A stretch of DNA of 64,000 bases from Asterias rubens. Taxonomy: Eukaryota. Below are positions 58,807 through 64,000 of this stretch, in pieces. Every line of letters starts with the position of its first letter. Position 1 is the stretch's first letter. The stretch spans positions 1,550,001 through 1,614,000 of the forward strand of contig NC_047081.1 in assembly GCF_902459465.1 (NCBI RefSeq). Direction: 5' to 3'. The translations under genes were made by a program, and so were the position numbers. The notes beneath the pieces were generated by a model. The model ran no database searches. It saw nothing but the letters and a program-made list of their open reading frames with translations, and had not been told where the DNA came from.

Positions 58807-61800
58807 CATTATACGAACACACACAACATTGTGTTCCGTACACACTCTGTTGACATTCCTTTGTTCAACACGTTAAAAACACTGTGTGGTCGTATGCACG
58901 TGGACCTCTTTTGTTTTCAGGTCCCGGTTTCGTATGCAGCGTTAAAAGCACTTAAGAATTGTTAACCCCATAGCAAATTCAGTGGAGTTATAACAATGTT
59001 AGCGATTTGCATTAATATACAAAACTATCCACCACAAACGAACTTTTTAAAGTTTGTGAACCCTTTTTTCGAAAACGTACGACGTTTTAAAAAGATAATG
59101 TCCTACATAATACGTTTAATGATGTTTCATGTTTATATAGAAAAGAAATTTTAACGATTGTTTTATACTCTTTTAAGCCAACGATGTATTATGCCATTAA
59201 TGTATGTTATCTGGTGCTGCGGTTCAGTTGTTTTATTTTACCAAAATGATTAACCACAAGTTTAAGTTTTAATTTTTCACTTTTAATTGACATTTATTTT
59301 AAATTTAAGACCAACGTTTTTCAATGTTGATATTAAGTTTGAGCCGCTGTTTTCATGTTTAGAGTAAACCAATTTTGTTTGAATATTTTGAACGCTAGGT
59401 GGCAGCAGAATAAGCCCAAGTGTCCAGTGTGTACGTAAGTCTAAAGTCTCAGTGCATTAGGTAAATCTGTTGCCACCTAAAGTGTCTAAAACGTCTTCCA
59501 TTAAACTGGACATGATGGTCTTTGTTTATGTTTTAAAATTTCAACCTCGCCTTAAAAACCTCCGAATTTTCAGTTGGTGAAAATACAAAATGGCCGCACC
59601 AACCAGACGAGCATATTTTATTTTGTTAGCCGTGTCCGAATTGGTGCCTATTTCAAAGAGCTGATTTTCAAAAAGGAGCTAAAATTAGGCTAAGCAGAAA
59701 AGGGTTATAGCAAAGTTTACTACATGTCACACGTCATGTACATTTTGAGGCTGCATGGTTGGTACCCTGCTCGTATCTGCTTAGCACAGAAAATAAGCAG
59801 TACATGTACTTTCTATGCCGCAATTGGGCAATGTGCAATGAAGCAAATGCTTCAAAATTTGATTCTAAATTTAAGCGGGAACTTTCTTCTATTCTAATAA
59901 TTTCACAGATGCCTTATTCGGGCACGGCTTTCCATAGAAACAAAATAACCTTTTCCCACCGTATTATTAAAGCAATACCTTTCGAAATGTCTAGTTTTTA
60001 ACCCACCTTTCTTGCCTTCTACGACTCTAACAGTTGGTCTGGGTGGGAAGGGGGCGGGGATTTCAAGATGAACAGTTAGACTGAACGGAATAGGAACAGT
60101 CGGGCTCCCTCTGAGGCATTCACGGAAACACTATACGATAAGTCTATGGACTATACACGACAACGTACCAAACATTGGTGAACTATATCTTATATTATAT
60201 GTTGGTATCCTATATTATATTTTAGTAATAGTACTACAATGGAGTGTAATAACATACATGTAGTATTATCGGGTTTTTATTATAAAGAACAAGTTATAGA
60301 CACGCACAAACCGCTTGATTTGAAAGAAAAGTGTCGGTTTTTTGTTTTTATCAATTTTTTTTTGATGTTATATACCGTATGGAGTTTTAAGCATTATTTA
60401 TTAATATTTTAAGTACTTGATTTTAATAATTAATATATATATCATAGTAAAAACTGGGGTGTTCAAATTTGAGACCATGGTATGCAATGCTTTGCATCCA
60501 TGCAGAGAACAAACCAATAGACAAACAAAACACTATTACCACCAATTAAACATTTATACAGTCTGATATTGCGCACGTATCTACCAAAAGGTACCCAACA
60601 AAGCGCTAGCAGAAACAGAAACATTTTAAGACATGTTTTTTGAATTATGAAATATGAATCAAATTTATTCAGCAGCTGTTTGAAACACGAGGCATATACC
60701 TTCCCTTTAATAGATGGTTTGCAATACGCGTCATCGGCCGCCATCTTTGATGTATTAACAAGGGAACCACAATTATGCATGCAATAGTAAACCTATGAAA
60801 ATTTGAACTCAATTGGTCGTCGAAGTTGCGAGCGAATAACGGAAGAAAAAAAACCTTGTCGCACAAGTTTTGTTCTCTCAGATGCTTGATTTCGAGACCT
60901 TAGCTGAGGTCTCTAAATCAATGCAAATATTACTTGAGTGAGAATTTTTTTTCTTCACAAAAATTACGTTACTTCAGAGGGAGCCGTTTCTCACAATGTT
61001 TTTACTATCAACCAACAGCTCTCCATTGCTCGTTACCAAGAAGTCAGTTTTTGAGCAACTACCAATAGTGTCCAGTGCCTTGAAAGATCGACTTAAATTT
61101 TCCCCCAAATAACCCCCTACTTCCTTTAACAATACAGTATGGGGTGACATACATTACTTAAAGTGAGAATGAACCAAAATCTCGCATATTCACGGACCAA
61201 TGCTGAAAACACGCGATACTTGCACGCCTCTGTTATAGGAGGCCGACAAAATAATGCTATAAAAAGTATGTTATAATTGTGCCTTAAATTTATTTTATAT
61301 ATCTTTACCAATGATGAAATGTATGTATATATAACTTTTTTTGTTTGCAATAAATTATGTCGAGTTGACAATGGAGAAAAATGGAGAAAAATTCAATGTT
61401 TGAAAAATGGAGTTCCGTGTGAACTAGTATGTGTGTGATTTTAATAGTTTAAAATGTGATTTACATGTATTGAGGGCCGGTAGCACTATAATTCACAGCG
61501 CATACTATTGATCTCACTGTTTTCTCAAGAGTTCAATGACCTGTGGGTTGAGGACCTTGATATCCTTCGCTCGTCCCCAGCGCCTTGCCTCATAACCAAA
61601 TGCGCTGGGGATGGGCAAACGTATCAAGCACGCTCATTGGTCTATCCAGACAATGCTCAGTCCCATCACGCATCACACTGCACCCCTGTAGAAATAGCAC
61701 TGCACTCATAACATTATTATTTCCTGAACAAGAATCTATGCAAGCCGATTAGCCCATCCCGGCGGTCATGGATAGACCCTGGACGACTGGAGCATCCAAC

Positions 61801-62570
61801 ATATCTTAAGGGGGGGGGGGGGCACAAAGTACAATAATACACGTGTATTGTCAACGCAAGAGGGCGCTCTCTCTTGCCACAAACCGCAAATATTACAGAG
61901 CCCGTCGCGTAATACTTGTTTTCGATGAGGGTGACTTTCGTAATCACAAGTCAAGTGCATACAGACTCACGGAATAATGAAACAATGATAAGATTCGAAC
62001 CTGTGCCATTTTAATAGGCCTATTTCTTTTTCAGTTTTCTGTGGACACCAATAAATTTCACACTTGGGAAATAGTATAGCTCCGTTTGTTAACATAATTA
62101 AATTGTATGTTTGTTTATTCTTTTCACCATTTACAAATTATAGTTAATATCATAACAAATAATTAGTAAGGGTTCTTGTTTTTATGAAAAACATAATAAT
62201 TATATTTCATAGCCAGAAAGGTGTTCAAAAAACTGTTAACTTAAATAAATACAAGGATAGTGACAAATTAATGTTCAAATTAATATTGGTCAACTTAAGC
62301 AAGAGGTTACCATTGACTTATCGTAAATACTTGGTACGCGCGCGTTAGGCGTGGCATGAGGTGCATGCTGGTCTAGCTAGCGATCAAGTTTGAACAGTTG
62401 ACGCTTGCGCAATGGGTATTTGCGAAAAGGTCTATGCTCTATTACCACAACCTCGTTTTGGTTACTATGATTGTTTGAGAGACAGACAAAAATGGCTGAT
62501 TGTGTTGGAGTTTTTTTAAATAAAAAATTTTACGTAGTTCTGGGCATGCAACGTTACCCAAATTAAAGCT

Positions 62571-62797
62571 CATTGCACATTAGTAGTCTGCCATTAATTT
62601 CACTTTGGAGCGCCCTCAACGTTTCGTGATGGTGAGGCATCGGCATAAATTTCCTAAACTGATTTATACTGCCACCTAGCGTCCCAAAAGTCCCCAGTTA
62701 TATAGCCCATTGCACATTATAGTCTGCCATTTTGTTTTATTTTGGAGCGCCCTCAATGTTTCGTGTCGGTGAGGCATCGGCATCACTTCCTGAACTG
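62571..62797 (-). repeat. 137-bp-period duplication of the SLC15 C-terminal codons, stop and early 3' UTR
   Basis: 62571-62661 aligns with 62708-62797. Confidence 0.85.
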
Positions 62798-63005
62798 GTT
62801 TCCGCAACCCGTGAGTAGCCCGGTGTGACTGCCTCGTTCCCTGGGTAGCCTCCCTCCTGTGCAGCACGTTCACGCCAGTGAGCATAGTCGTAATTTCTGG
62901 ATATGAGGTAGAGATATAGCATATCGAAGAGCAGGACACCAGCCAGAATCAAATAGAAGTACTCCATGTGTCCGTCGTTTATTTCCGACACATACCAAGG
63001 GCTTG
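62737..63005 (-). CDS. SLC15A4: SLC15/POT transporter (SLC15A4-like), last coding exon (final TM helix and C-tail)
   Basis: Acceptor ttttgtctgcccgcag|CA, sequence WYVSEINDGHMEYFYLILAGVLLFDMLYLYLISRNYDY, stop TAA at 62739-62737. Confidence 0.87.
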
Positions 63006-63633
63006 CTGCGGGCAGACAAAAACAAAAAACAGTTTTGTCATTTTTATTTAAAGTTTTCGAAAGTGATGTTGACCATCATTCATACAAGATACAATTGAAG
63101 TGCTGTCAATTCGGATACAGTCTAGAAATACCTAACCAAAATAGATTAGGAGCGACTTTTGGTAGACCCGAATCCGTGTTGGTTTCAGACATGCGACCAC
63201 TTAATATTTACAATGGCGCGGCTCGGCTCATGACAAGATCGACGTCTTAAACCAAGGCCCTCCTCAAGAGTCATTCCGATTGCAACAGTCGATCTTCTAG
63301 CGCGTCCAGTCGCCCCTAACAGTGTCAGACATCAAACTGTTCATGTACTTTTGGTTCGCACGACTCTAGAGCGAACATGTAGTAATTTGCCATAGACTCG
63401 AGCTCTGATTTCGGATCAGCGGAGTGGACTGTTTTGTTTTGATACACTGCCAAGTTTTAATTCTTATAACAATAATTCAAGTGTGCAAATTTGGTTTGCG
63501 GTAACACCATGTGTGTATCTACAGTTCTCCAAGAACAAACCCTACCTGGCAAGAAGATGGTGTTACCGCAAACCAAATATACATTGATACCTCACCATGC
63601 AATGCCTCAAATCCCAATAGTTCGATTATTTAC

Positions 63634-63768
63634 CTGTCGATAATGCATTAACAATAAGCACGAGGATCCTCGCCAATATGTAGCTACCGACCCCCGACAT
63701 GAGGATGTACAGCCCCGTCGACAGTCCCTTCAGATTATCCGGTCCTTCCAAATAGGCAAACTCCAATC
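63634..63768 (-). CDS. SLC15A4: SLC15/POT proton-coupled oligopeptide transporter (SLC15A4-like), penultimate coding exon
   Basis: GLEFAYLEGPDNLKGLSTGLYILMSGVGSY matches the POT-family EFAY.xAP/GP motif. Acceptor cctatacactag|GA, donor G|GTAAAT, phase 1-1. Confidence 0.85.
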
Positions 63769-64000
63769 CTAGTGTATAGGAATAATCAAAGAATGGTAAT
63801 GAAATAATGATATGCAAGCGTCAAAAAACTTTCTCTAAAACATAACTTGTGGACCCCATTTATTTTATTATTATAATTAGATTGAAAAAAAAGCATGTAT
63901 GTACGCAAAATATTTATATTTATACACAGTTTTTAATGATTCCTGTAAGTGGCGGCTATCCGCTGTTGGATATCAAAATTTTTTTTAAAAAATAGGCTTC

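Overview
Eukaryotic, AT-rich, intron-containing genomic DNA. It looks like a marine invertebrate deuterostome, probably a sea-star-like echinoderm; this is inferred from gene structure and repeat style, not verified. Four protein-coding loci were reconstructed by hand from splice signals and reading phase. (1) Minus strand, about 32.2 kb to beyond the left edge: a Zasp/ALP-Enigma (PDLIM) gene with PDZ, ZM motif and LIM1. Eight exons give a closed 345-aa ALP-like isoform, and at least two further phase-compatible exons give a longer isoform. (2) Plus strand 37304-38701: an intact 465-aa uncharacterised ORF, divergent from Zasp, with an RG-rich segment and a 4-Cys module resembling the N-terminal region of P-element/THAP-type transposase-related proteins. 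(3) Plus strand 53610-58591: a three-exon, 906-aa two-pore-domain K+ channel (TWK-18/KCNK18-like) with an approximately 520-aa M2-M3 loop. (4) Minus strand 62737-63768: the last two coding exons of an SLC15/POT peptide transporter. The rest is dense with TTAA-flanked (Kolobok-like) and other palindromic MITEs, tRNA-derived SINEs, a truncated LINE nested in a MITE, Penelope-like terminal remnants and tandem repeats. No genuine tRNA, rRNA or CRISPR array was found. The best leads are the stop-codon/splice-donor switch in Zasp, two GC-AG introns, TRESK-like calcineurin and 14-3-3 motifs in the K2P loop, and the possibly domesticated Cys-module gene.
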